This document shows positions 20,227 through 28,553 of a stretch of DNA of 64,000 bases, piece after piece (the first letter of the stretch is position 1; each line of letters opens with the position of its first letter). Source of the DNA: an uncultured virus (IMG/VR IMGVR_UViG_3300038464_000026) (Duplodnaviria > Heunggongvirae > Uroviricota > Caudoviricetes > Crassvirales); the IMG/VR virus record IMGVR_UViG_3300038464_000026; one strand, written 5' to 3'. Under the pieces are notes generated by a model. The model was not told where the DNA came from and ran no database searches. It saw nothing but the letters and a program-made list of their open reading frames with translations. The translations under genes were made by a program, and so were the position numbers.

Positions 20227-20772
20227 TTATTTCTCAAGAATAATTTTAGGTTTAGCTACTACTAAATTACTAGGTGCTGCATTAGATTTAGATATATATA
20301 TTGGAGTAGCTTCTCCAATATATCCATAAACTATATTATAATTAGGTGTTAATATATAAGCTATAATTTCTACACTTTCACCTTTTTTAATAAGTACTTC
20401 TCTATCTTCTCTAGGTAATTCATTATAATAATCTCTAAGTTTTTCTATTTGTCTTTCATTACCTTCAACACTTATAGACCTAGCTAAATTAGTATCGTTT
20501 ATTTCAACAAATACTCCTAAATGAATATCTCTAGTATCAGGCCCATATCCTACTACTTCAAATGTACTTTGTTTAAATCCACCTGGATTACCACTTTTAT
20601 TACTCATTAATATTCCAGTAATTGTTCCTACTGTTTTGACTTTAAGCAATACATTATCCATTATAGGAACTGTATTAACTAATGATATAGGTTTACGTCT
20701 ACCTTTATCTTCTACTTCTTTTACTATTTCTATGGTATTACTATACCATTTACTTTTAACTTCTTCACTCAT
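20227..20772 (-). CDS. GroES-like co-chaperonin
   Basis: VPIMDNVLLK...TITGILM...FEVVGYGPD...IHLGVFV parallels GroES PL.DRVL...SGI.l...G.V.AVG.G...V.vGD.V. Confidence 0.6.
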   Translation of the reverse strand: MSEEVKSKWYSNTIEIVKEVEDKGRRKPISLVNTVPIMDNVLLKVKTVGTITGILMSNKSGNPGGFKQSTFEVVGYGPDTRDIHLGVFVEINDTNLARSISVEGNERQIEKLRDYYNELPREDREVLIKKGESVEIIAYILTPNYNIVYGYIGEATPIYISKSNAAPSNLVVAKPKIILEK

Positions 20773-21045
20773 AATTTGTGTTATTAAGTTATTAATTATT
20801 AATTATCTGTTTTATATATTTCATTAATCTACTCACTATTATATAAATACCTACAATTATAGTTCTAGCTATAAGGATAGCTCCAACTATTGTACATACT
20901 ATTAAAGTAAATAAACCAGTTATCATATAATCATTCTTGCATCAAAACCAATTCTATTACCACATATAGTGGTTCTTGTAAAATCACTTGCAAAACTAGT
21001 TGCAAATGGGCTATATACATTATTATACATATATTTAATTATTAA

Positions 21046-21118
21046 ATTTCCTATTTATTTTTTAGTACTACATCTAGTAGATAGCTTATTTCCTATTTAT
21101 TTTTTAGTACTATATCTA
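21046..21118. repeat. Two 31-bp direct repeats, 42-bp period
   Basis: ATTTCCTATTTATTTTTTAGTACTA(C/T)ATCTA at 21046-21076 and 21088-21118. Confidence 0.85.
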
Positions 21119-21280
21119 CTACATAATCTAAAAAGGTCTTAATTACCTATAATAAGTCCTCCTTTTTCTTCTATTTATAAAATTTTCATTTATATAAAAA
21201 TTCATTTATTTTAAAAAATTTAATTTATATTTTTAAATTTTTATTTTTTAAAATTTACCATCTTTAACCAATCACCGCCT

Positions 21281-21347
21281 CAAAGGTATTATAATTTTAA
21301 ATACGCCCGACATTGAATTTTAAAAGTTATTAACAAAGTTATTAACA
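21281..21347 (-). promoter_or_regulatory. Promoter D: -7 element with tandem upstream boxes, heads the leftward block
   Basis: TGTTAATAA(21347-21339)-ctt-TGTTAATAA(21335-21327)-N38-TACCTTTG(21288-21281). Confidence 0.8.
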
Positions 21348-21798
21348 TAAGACATCTCGCATAGGTATATACCTATCTAGCATAGATGGTGTTGAACATA
21401 GCAGACCAAAATATAGACCTACTATAGATACTACTATAAAATAAAGACTATCTACTAGATGTCCTATTATAAAAATAATACTTTATATTATAAGAAATAT
21501 AATTAAATAAATATAAAGAAATAGTTTTAGAAATATAAGCTCATCTAACATAAATAGTATTGGAATTATAATAGATAAATTAATAGACTTTATAAAAATT
21601 ATAATAATGTTAGAGTTAAATTTTGTAAGTCTACTAACTAAATAGGAATTGTAAACTATATAATTTATAAATGTAATAAGATAAATCTAATAGATAATTT
21701 CAAAAATGTATATGGCAATAATATTATTATTGTAATTCATAATTATAAATAGATAAGTAAATATAAGCAATAGAAGATAACTATATAGACTTTGTAGT

Positions 21799-21825
21799 TT
21801 CCCCCTTTGGAGGAAAAAATGATAG
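21799..21825 (+). repeat. Dispersed GC-rich motif, copy 1
   Basis: TTCCCCCTTTGGAGGAAAAAATGATAG, intergenic. Confidence 0.9.
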
Positions 21826-21964
21826 ATTTTTAAAGTGATAAAAAAATTATAATAGATATTCTATAAATAGAATAACTTAAATAGATTTTGATAATAGTAA
21901 GTGTATTAAAGTAATGTAGATTGTATTATAGTTGATGTGAACCACCTACTTATAGCACCCTCTA

Positions 21965-21999
21965 CTTGAATTTAGCAACCTTCTATCCCCATATCTTTG
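21965..21999 (+). promoter_or_regulatory. Possible host-type promoter for rightward block (no tandem boxes)
   Basis: CTTG(21965-21968)...TATCTTTG(21992-21999), ~125 bp before first plus-strand ORF. Confidence 0.4.
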
Positions 22000-22124
22000 A
22001 TTTTTTATAAAGATTTTATCATAGTAGTGTTGCTAATGAATTTGATAGTTCAGCTATTAGTACTGTTAACAGTACTGTTAAGCCTCTATTTGATTTTAGT
22101 ATTAACATTTTAAATCATACTCAG

Positions 22125-22283
22125 ATGAAGAACGCAGTTAATTTTAAAGTAAGTTACTCTATTAAACGTAATGGAGTATTGGAGTGCCACAATAAGACCT
22201 TTAGTGATATAGTATCTGCTATGGAAACAGTTGACAAATTGGTTCGTACAGCAGCTAATTATATATCTATCAAAGCTGAATAA
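22125..22283 (+). CDS. Small hypothetical protein (52 aa, not in track)
   Basis: MKNAVNFKVSYSIKRNG...IKAE*. Confidence 0.55.
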   Translation: MKNAVNFKVSYSIKRNGVLECHNKTFSDIVSAMETVDKLVRTAANYISIKAE

Positions 22284-22368
22284 TCTTCTAACGTTTGTAG
22301 GTGTTCGTATAAACCTTCATGTTGACTTTAAAAATGGTAATCAGTTTTTTTAATTTAATACTTTATAT

Positions 22369-22524
22369 ATGAAAGAGTTTAATAATGTCATTTATGTTCT
22401 TGTGGAATGGCCTGAGGTACAAGAGTTAATGACTTTAAATTGGTTTAAAAAAGAGGCTAAATTATCAGATAATAGTTCCTATTTCATACCTATTAAAAGG
22501 TATAAAGAACTAAATAAAAACTAA
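22369..22524 (+). CDS. Small hypothetical protein (51 aa, not in track)
   Basis: MKEFNNVIYVLVEWPEVQELMTLNWF...SSYFIP...*; pattern resembles small proteins of Bacteroidota phages. Confidence 0.6.
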   Translation: MKEFNNVIYVLVEWPEVQELMTLNWFKKEAKLSDNSSYFIPIKRYKELNKN

Positions 22525-22921
22525 CCTTTAGTATAAAGGTTTGATAGAATACATTGTGTTTAAGGAATACAGCTACCTTCGTAATACATGTTAAGCTTAA
22601 TCAATGTTCTCAATGTATATTTTTATAATATAGGTTCTACATTAGGTCATACAAGACCTGTAAATGATGCTCCTACAATAGCTAATATAGCTAAAATATA
22701 TCTTATATATAGTGCTATATATACAATGCTCATAAGTATATTTATAATAATGTATAGTAACAAGCGAAAGAACTTCATTGTCTATATAAATATATTTATA
22801 ATCCTATTAATAATAAGCTACAATAGTGTAAGTCATATTAATAGGATTTTTACAATGTATATATAGTACTATATAAATGTAATTTAACAATTTAATTATA
22901 AATAATTTAATACTTATTATT

Positions 22922-23134
22922 ATGTTACCAGTGTTAATTAAAAATCATAGTACTCAGTTAATTACAGATGATTGGAATGTAGTAAATCATCTACTAATAG
23001 CAATCAAGCTATTAAAAGAACAATTTAATAGCTATGAAGAATATGTAGAAGAATGTAATCAATATAGCATAATACATTATAATAAAGAAGTTTATAATGA
23101 TTATGTTTATAAATTTTATCATCAGATTCATTAA
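22922..23134 (+). CDS. Hypothetical protein
   Basis: 70 aa ORF. Confidence 0.55.
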   Translation: MLPVLIKNHSTQLITDDWNVVNHLLIAIKLLKEQFNSYEEYVEECNQYSIIHYNKEVYNDYVYKFYHQIH

Positions 23135-23286
23135 TTTAAAAGAGTATATCAGTGGCGGCAATTCTATGACTGTTATATTCACAACCTTAGTTATGCAGGT
23201 TATTTTAGCAAATATTATCATGTTAATAGGGATATTAACAATAGTATTTATTTCTTATTTATTATTAATTATTTAATATTTATATT

Positions 23287-23856
23287 ATGGCGAATGATGA
23301 AATAAGTCTTTCTTTTACAGAAAAGAAAGCAAGAGATAATAAACTTATCTTAGCAAAAGGGTTTAAAGTACCCATAAGTGGTGTGCTTGAATGCACGATT
23401 GAGAGTATAAAATGCTTAGGCGGAGCTACCAAAAATGGTGACTGGTACGCATCGTTAGAAGCAACAAGCAGGCGTAATACCTATCGCTTTCTAATAAAAG
23501 AAAAGAAAGCAACTCAATTAATCACTGCATATACAGGTGCACATAAAGGAGAATCTGAATCTTTAGCTGATTTTGCAACAAGATGTGAATCAAAGCTATC
23601 AGGTAAAGCTGTAAAGATTACTTATGAAGAAACCATTGAAGGTGTAACTGGATATATTCAGGATGGTTCTCCTGAACCAGTACTTCATACTTACACAGGT
23701 AAAAGATTCGTTGATTCATCTACATTGAGTTATGATACATATCATGCTAACATAGTAGATGAAATCGCAGACGTTAATCCAGCAAAAGCCAAAGTGATGG
23801 CTGACTATTACAAAAGTATTGACATTGCCAGAATGCAAATGTCAACACAGGAATAA
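23287..23856 (+). CDS. Hypothetical protein, probably highly expressed
   Basis: 189 aa; visibly higher GC than neighbours; own terminator. Confidence 0.75.
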   Translation: MANDEISLSFTEKKARDNKLILAKGFKVPISGVLECTIESIKCLGGATKNGDWYASLEATSRRNTYRFLIKEKKATQLITAYTGAHKGESESLADFATRCESKLSGKAVKITYEETIEGVTGYIQDGSPEPVLHTYTGKRFVDSSTLSYDTYHANIVDEIADVNPAKAKVMADYYKSIDIARMQMSTQE

Positions 23857-23865
23857 CATTCATAT

Positions 23866-23901
23866 AAGAGTTCATAGAGCATAACCTATGAACTCTTTTT
23901 T
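23866..23901 (+). terminator. Intrinsic terminator
   Basis: AAGAGTTCATAG/CTATGAACTCTT stem plus T tract. Confidence 0.8.
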
Positions 23902-24082
23902 AATAACTCTAACTCAAAAAGAAGATAAAAGAATACATAGTATAGTTAATAGTGTAGTATATAGTGCTTTATTTACAGAGCCTGCAAGTACTATTGTTTC
24001 TTATATAAATACTAATTTCTTATATAATAGAGTTATGTACGGTAGTACATTAACTCATTTTCGATAACTTAAACTAAATATA

Positions 24083-24265
24083 ATGAATATACCTATTATA
24101 ATATTTAATATAATAATGATTATAATTAATATAGTATTACTAATAGTAATATTTAACGTTACAGTAATTAAAATAGTTAGAAGTATAGTAATTATATTAT
24201 CTATAATTGCTATATCTTGCTTTATAACATCTTTAATTATAGAAATTTTAAAATATTTTAAATAA
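24083..24265 (+). CDS. Small two-TM membrane protein
   Basis: 60 aa, Ile-rich hydrophobic. Confidence 0.5.
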   Translation: MNIPIIIFNIIMIIINIVLLIVIFNVTVIKIVRSIVIILSIIAISCFITSLIIEILKYFK

Positions 24266-24269
24266 TAAT

Positions 24270-24494
24270 ATGATGTACAGTGAAGATGGTAGTACTCTAA
24301 CTGATATTCAAATCAGAAGAGCTAAACATTTATTTAAATCTACTAAGATTAATGTTAAATTTGATTTAGTAGATTGTAATGGTAATTATTGGAAGCATAA
24401 TAGCAATTATGTTACAAATGTAGCATATGCTATAGCTAAATCTATTAAGAATATGTATCCTCATACATATCTTAAAATCATACAACACAAATGA
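24270..24494 (+). CDS. Hypothetical protein
   Basis: 74 aa ORF. Confidence 0.6.
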   Translation: MMYSEDGSTLTDIQIRRAKHLFKSTKINVKFDLVDCNGNYWKHNSNYVTNVAYAIAKSIKNMYPHTYLKIIQHK

Positions 24495-24616
24495 ATAAAA
24501 TAATAAAAGTAGATTGTCATGGTTATAGAAATAATAATACTATAATTGCAATAACTGAATTTATATTACTATTAGTATTAGAATTAGTAATATTAATAGC
24601 AATATTCAAATACTAA
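24491..24616 (+). CDS. Small membrane protein (41 aa, not in track)
   Basis: ATGA overlap; C-terminal hydrophobic helix. Confidence 0.45.
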   Translation: MNKIIKVDCHGYRNNNTIIAITEFILLLVLELVILIAIFKY

Positions 24617-24875
24617 AAATGTAGTTTCTATTCAATGTATTACTAAGTCATATCGTAAATCCAAATCTTTGGTAGTAACTGTAATACTACTACCGTTAAT
24701 CGAGTTAAGGTAATTGGACTATATTGTATTAACGATAATAAGGGTTAAAGAGTAGTTATGACCCCTGTTGTGATTTGCTTTTAGATTGTATTTTTGCATA
24801 AATAACACAGGTTTTCTTTTCTTTTAATAATTGAATACCTTATTTTTATAATTTATAAATTTAATAATATATAAA

Positions 24876-25157
24876 ATGAAAAGACCAAAAAGAATAATAA
24901 AATTAAGTCTTAAAAATTTAATTAATCGCAAGATTAAATATAAAGACTATAATGAAGAGATTATAAGTATTATTATTAAATTAGATGAGCCAAATGAATT
25001 TAATGGTATAATAACAAAAGAAAGTTTTATTTACAATATATGTAATATTGATAGCAATACTAATAAAGTAGCCTGGATTAATATAGGTATAACTAATGTA
25101 GAGATTATGGTTAATAGACATTATTATCCAATAGAACAAATAGTATTCACTAAATAA
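24876..25157 (+). CDS. Hypothetical protein
   Basis: 93 aa ORF. Confidence 0.6.
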   Translation: MKRPKRIIKLSLKNLINRKIKYKDYNEEIISIIIKLDEPNEFNGIITKESFIYNICNIDSNTNKVAWINIGITNVEIMVNRHYYPIEQIVFTK

Positions 25158-25166
25158 CTTAATCAA

Positions 25167-25445
25167 ATGGAGAAAATGACCAATAAGCAATTTATAGAAA
25201 GTAATGCCTATTTAGGCTTACAAACTGTTATTCAAACAGAGATTAATAATGGTACATTCTATATTACAGCTACATTACCTAGATTACCTTTTGTACCAAA
25301 ATCTGATTCTTTTGAAAGATTTAAAAAATCTAAGCAAGAGAGATTAGAAACTAATAAACTTAAATTAAACCATAAGAATAAACTCCGTAGGGCAGGATAT
25401 AATCCTGCTAAACAAATGAATATTCCAGGTGAATTAATAACTTAA
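25167..25445 (+). CDS. Hypothetical basic protein
   Basis: 92 aa ORF. Confidence 0.6.
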   Translation: MEKMTNKQFIESNAYLGLQTVIQTEINNGTFYITATLPRLPFVPKSDSFERFKKSKQERLETNKLKLNHKNKLRRAGYNPAKQMNIPGELIT

Positions 25446-25457
25446 ATTAATAAAATT

Positions 25458-25868
25458 ATGTGTTTTATAATAGACTCAAAGTATCCCAATGCTTTAAGAA
25501 GTAAAAGGAATATAACTTGCTATAAGACATTATTCGTAACTTCAGACAAGACATATAGAACTGCTATACAAGGAACTAAAATTTCAAAAGATAATATATT
25601 AATTGCTAAAACTGCTCCTTTTGATATTACTCCTAATATTCCAATAGCGAATCTAATAAGTAATAATAATAGAGACATTTATTATGGTATTCATTCTTAC
25701 AAAAATGTTCAATCTATTGATACAACTTTTGCTTATAGTTATATTGCTAAATGTATAATACCTAAAGGAACTGAATATTTTAAAAATAAGACTGAATATG
25801 TATCTTTAAAAGTTAAACTTATAGTTATAGTTAGTAAAGAAGATATTAAGAAATTTAATAAGAAATAA
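25458..25868 (+). CDS. Conserved Bacteroidota-phage hypothetical protein
   Basis: NITCYK...GIHSY...AKCIIPKGTEY pattern. Confidence 0.65.
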   Translation: MCFIIDSKYPNALRSKRNITCYKTLFVTSDKTYRTAIQGTKISKDNILIAKTAPFDITPNIPIANLISNNNRDIYYGIHSYKNVQSIDTTFAYSYIAKCIIPKGTEYFKNKTEYVSLKVKLIVIVSKEDIKKFNKK

Positions 25869-26055
25869 TAAAAAAAGAATAACACTTAAAATCATATAGA
25901 ACAACATAAGGCTACTACACAATTAATAGATTAATTTAAAAGTGGAAAAACTACTCTACAAGAGAGTAAAAGACAAGTTTATAGTTATAAATATTTTAAA
26001 GTCTTATAGTAGTAGCCTTTATTTAATAAATAATAATACTAATAATCAATAAAAT

Positions 26056-26235
26056 ATGACAACTTTAATAATAGGTATAATAATATTTATATTAGGTATG
26101 GTTGTATTATTTAGTTCTCTACTATTTGATTCAGAAGATAACCTAGACATTGAATTAATGAAAATAGGAATTTTTCTTGGAATAATAGGAACAGTAATAG
26201 TAACTTATGCTATGTTATTTATAATTCAAAATTAA
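26056..26235 (+). CDS. Small two-TM membrane protein (59 aa, not in track)
   Basis: MTTLIIGIIIFILGMVVLF...KIGIFLGIIGTVIVTYAMLFIIQN*; TAATG overlap with next gene. Confidence 0.6.
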   Translation: MTTLIIGIIIFILGMVVLFSSLLFDSEDNLDIELMKIGIFLGIIGTVIVTYAMLFIIQN

Positions 26236-26732
26236 TGGAATATAAAATAATAATAAAAGAACAATTACTTAATACTAAAGTATTAGGAGGTATTGGAAAA
26301 GATATTACAAATAATACCTTTACTCCAATAACAACTGAGAATTACAATAATTCTAATATTATAGCATGTAAATATTATGCTATAGTAGATAATACTGAAT
26401 TAGAAGTACGATATAAATTCTATTGTACTCTAAATAATATATTATTAAATCATGGTAATTTTGATTGTATTATGTTAAAAGGTAGAGTTAGAGATGTTAA
26501 AGATATTGCCAGAAAAGGTGATACTGTAATATTTAGTGCTATATCATTACATGATTTAAATATATATATTAAGAATCTTGCAAAAGGAAAGAAAGTACTC
26601 ACAGGTACTGTAATCAAAACTCACGATAATTATATTACAGTTGAAACTGACAATAATATAGTTATTACAAGACGTGAATGTATAATGCTATCAAATAGAG
26701 ATGATACCTTTAAATGTTTTGTGTTAGACTAA
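26235..26732 (+). CDS. Hypothetical protein (C-terminal SH3/KOW-like pattern)
   Basis: 165 aa; RKGDTVIF...LTGTVIK...ITVET. Confidence 0.6.
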   Translation: MEYKIIIKEQLLNTKVLGGIGKDITNNTFTPITTENYNNSNIIACKYYAIVDNTELEVRYKFYCTLNNILLNHGNFDCIMLKGRVRDVKDIARKGDTVIFSAISLHDLNIYIKNLAKGKKVLTGTVIKTHDNYITVETDNNIVITRRECIMLSNRDDTFKCFVLD

Positions 26733-26745
26733 AAAGAGGGAGGAA

Positions 26746-26776
26746 CATCATACATTTCCTCCAAAGGGGGATTTCT
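26746..26776 (-). repeat. Dispersed GC-rich motif, copy 2
   Basis: Minus strand AAGAAATCCCCCTTTGGAGGAAATGTATGATG, intergenic. Confidence 0.9.
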
Positions 26777-26822
26777 TAATTTCCCAAATTATACAATTAT
26801 TAACAATTAAACTAATAATAAA

Positions 26823-27275
26823 ATGAATAGAAAAGAAAGAGAAGAATATTTAACAAGTATTTCAAATAAACTAAGTAGTATAGATAGCTATCTAAAAACT
26901 ATAGTTAGATTTAGTAGGCAAGAATATTATGCTATAAAAAATACTAATAGTGTTAAAAATGATAAATGTAAATCAAATAATACTGTTAGGCATTTTGACC
27001 TTATAGATGCTAAACATATGTTAAATATGTCAAATTGGAGGCATAATAATAGTTCATATCAATTTGATAATGAATATAGTTATATAATGAATCATATACT
27101 AGATAGTGAAAGGCTTGGTCATAAATCTGTTTATATACCTCATCTTAGTTATGGACTTCATATAAAGGATATAGCAACTGTATTTAGAAAACTAGGATAT
27201 TTTGTAATTATAGAAAGTATGTATATATTAATATCATGGGAATATGCTAATGATGTTAATGATACCATTAAATAA
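26823..27275 (+). CDS. Hypothetical protein
   Basis: 150 aa ORF. Confidence 0.65.
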   Translation: MNRKEREEYLTSISNKLSSIDSYLKTIVRFSRQEYYAIKNTNSVKNDKCKSNNTVRHFDLIDAKHMLNMSNWRHNNSSYQFDNEYSYIMNHILDSERLGHKSVYIPHLSYGLHIKDIATVFRKLGYFVIIESMYILISWEYANDVNDTIK

Positions 27276-27369
27276 TCATATAGATAGGATAGAGATTTAA
27301 TAGATAAATCTACTGGTGTAGAAAGAGCTATTACTATCCTATCTTTTATTAACTTTTAAATACAATAAT

Positions 27370-27759
27370 ATGTTTAAAAAGATATTAGATAAAATAAATC
27401 TATTACACAAAATAGTAGGTAAAGATAAGCTTATAATAGGTACTATATATTATAATCACTTATATGATAAAGATGATAACTCGCACAATCATAAATATAG
27501 AGTTAAATATAATGCTAAATATTATATTCTTAATCATAATTGTGAAGATATAACTGATTGTGAAACATTATATTCATTACCTTGTAATGATAGATATGAT
27601 GCTGGTCATAAATCAATACTACCTAGAAATCACTATAATAATATAAGTGATGAACATAAATCAATACTTTCAGAATGTTGGGGTAAATATAAAGAAGGTG
27701 ATAAAGTGAAAGGTATAATTAAAAATAATATGTTTGAAATTATAAATGATAAAATATGA
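27370..27759 (+). CDS. Hypothetical protein
   Basis: 129 aa ORF. Confidence 0.6.
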   Translation: MFKKILDKINLLHKIVGKDKLIIGTIYYNHLYDKDDNSHNHKYRVKYNAKYYILNHNCEDITDCETLYSLPCNDRYDAGHKSILPRNHYNNISDEHKSILSECWGKYKEGDKVKGIIKNNMFEIINDKI

Positions 27760-27995
27760 ATAAAAAATGTTTAAATTTAATAAAAATATTACTAAATCTA
27801 ACATTAGGTTTTAGAGTAGAGTATAGTAGCAATATAGAAATAATAATATGTCCTATCATATCTACTAATATAATAAATAAGATAATAAAATATGCTATAA
27901 CACACAAGTTAGAATGGAATATATATAAAACTAGTGATATACACATAATTATAGCTCCAACTATTAAATCTACTATATCTGATGATACCAAATAA
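27756..27995 (+). CDS. Hypothetical protein
   Basis: 79 aa, ATGA overlap. Confidence 0.5.
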   Translation: MNKKCLNLIKILLNLTLGFRVEYSSNIEIIICPIISTNIINKIIKYAITHKLEWNIYKTSDIHIIIAPTIKSTISDDTK

Positions 27996-28203
27996 AGATT
28001 GTATGTATTGTTCTGAAATAGAAGAATCATGTAAAAAATGTCATAAATATATAAGAACTGATAGAGAGCTAATGATGAAAGAATGCCCAATATTAACATA
28101 TCCTTTAGATTCAATATTTCCTAACACAGACGATAGACCATATTGGACATGGAATAAAAGACCTAATGAAATAGATGAAGTAGAAATTATAATAGAATGT
28201 TAG
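27982..28203 (+). CDS. Small Cys-rich protein
   Basis: CMYC...CKKC...CP. Confidence 0.55.
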   Translation: MIPNKDCMYCSEIEESCKKCHKYIRTDRELMMKECPILTYPLDSIFPNTDDRPYWTWNKRPNEIDEVEIIIEC

Positions 28204-28535
28204 ATTTAATAAAATATACAAAATTGATTAAGAATTTCATTAATTGGTATAAGAAAAAAGAATATAGTATATCAATTAGTAATTTTTTAAATCTTAAATT
28301 TGAATTTCAAATTGGAGTAATATTAGAATATCTTTCTGAACAGCATGATATAGGTATTCATTGGGATAATTATAGTTATCTATTATATTCATTAGGAGAA
28401 AATAGAAGTATTAAATTATTATCTAAAGATGGATATTTACAAAGAATCTCTTTAGAAGATAAAGTAGATTTAAAAGTAAACTGTAAAGATGCTATAGATT
28501 GGATATTTAATAAATTAAATGAGAATTTAGAATGA
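28197..28535 (+). CDS. Hypothetical protein
   Basis: 112 aa ORF. Confidence 0.65.
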   Translation: MLDLIKYTKLIKNFINWYKKKEYSISISNFLNLKFEFQIGVILEYLSEQHDIGIHWDNYSYLLYSLGENRSIKLLSKDGYLQRISLEDKVDLKVNCKDAIDWIFNKLNENLE

Positions 28536-28553
28536 TAGTAATTGTTGATTAAA

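Noticed and set aside
22588..22866. 92-aa ORF in the track
   Set aside because: Ile/Tyr/Asn-rich translation of palindromic AT-rich DNA; probably non-coding, though not excluded.
22280..27350. tRNA genes or known ribozymes in early-block spacers
   Set aside because: No cloverleaf with TTCRA T-loop and no hammerhead CUGANGA/GAAA core found by eye; tRNAscan-SE and Infernal would be needed to exclude fully.
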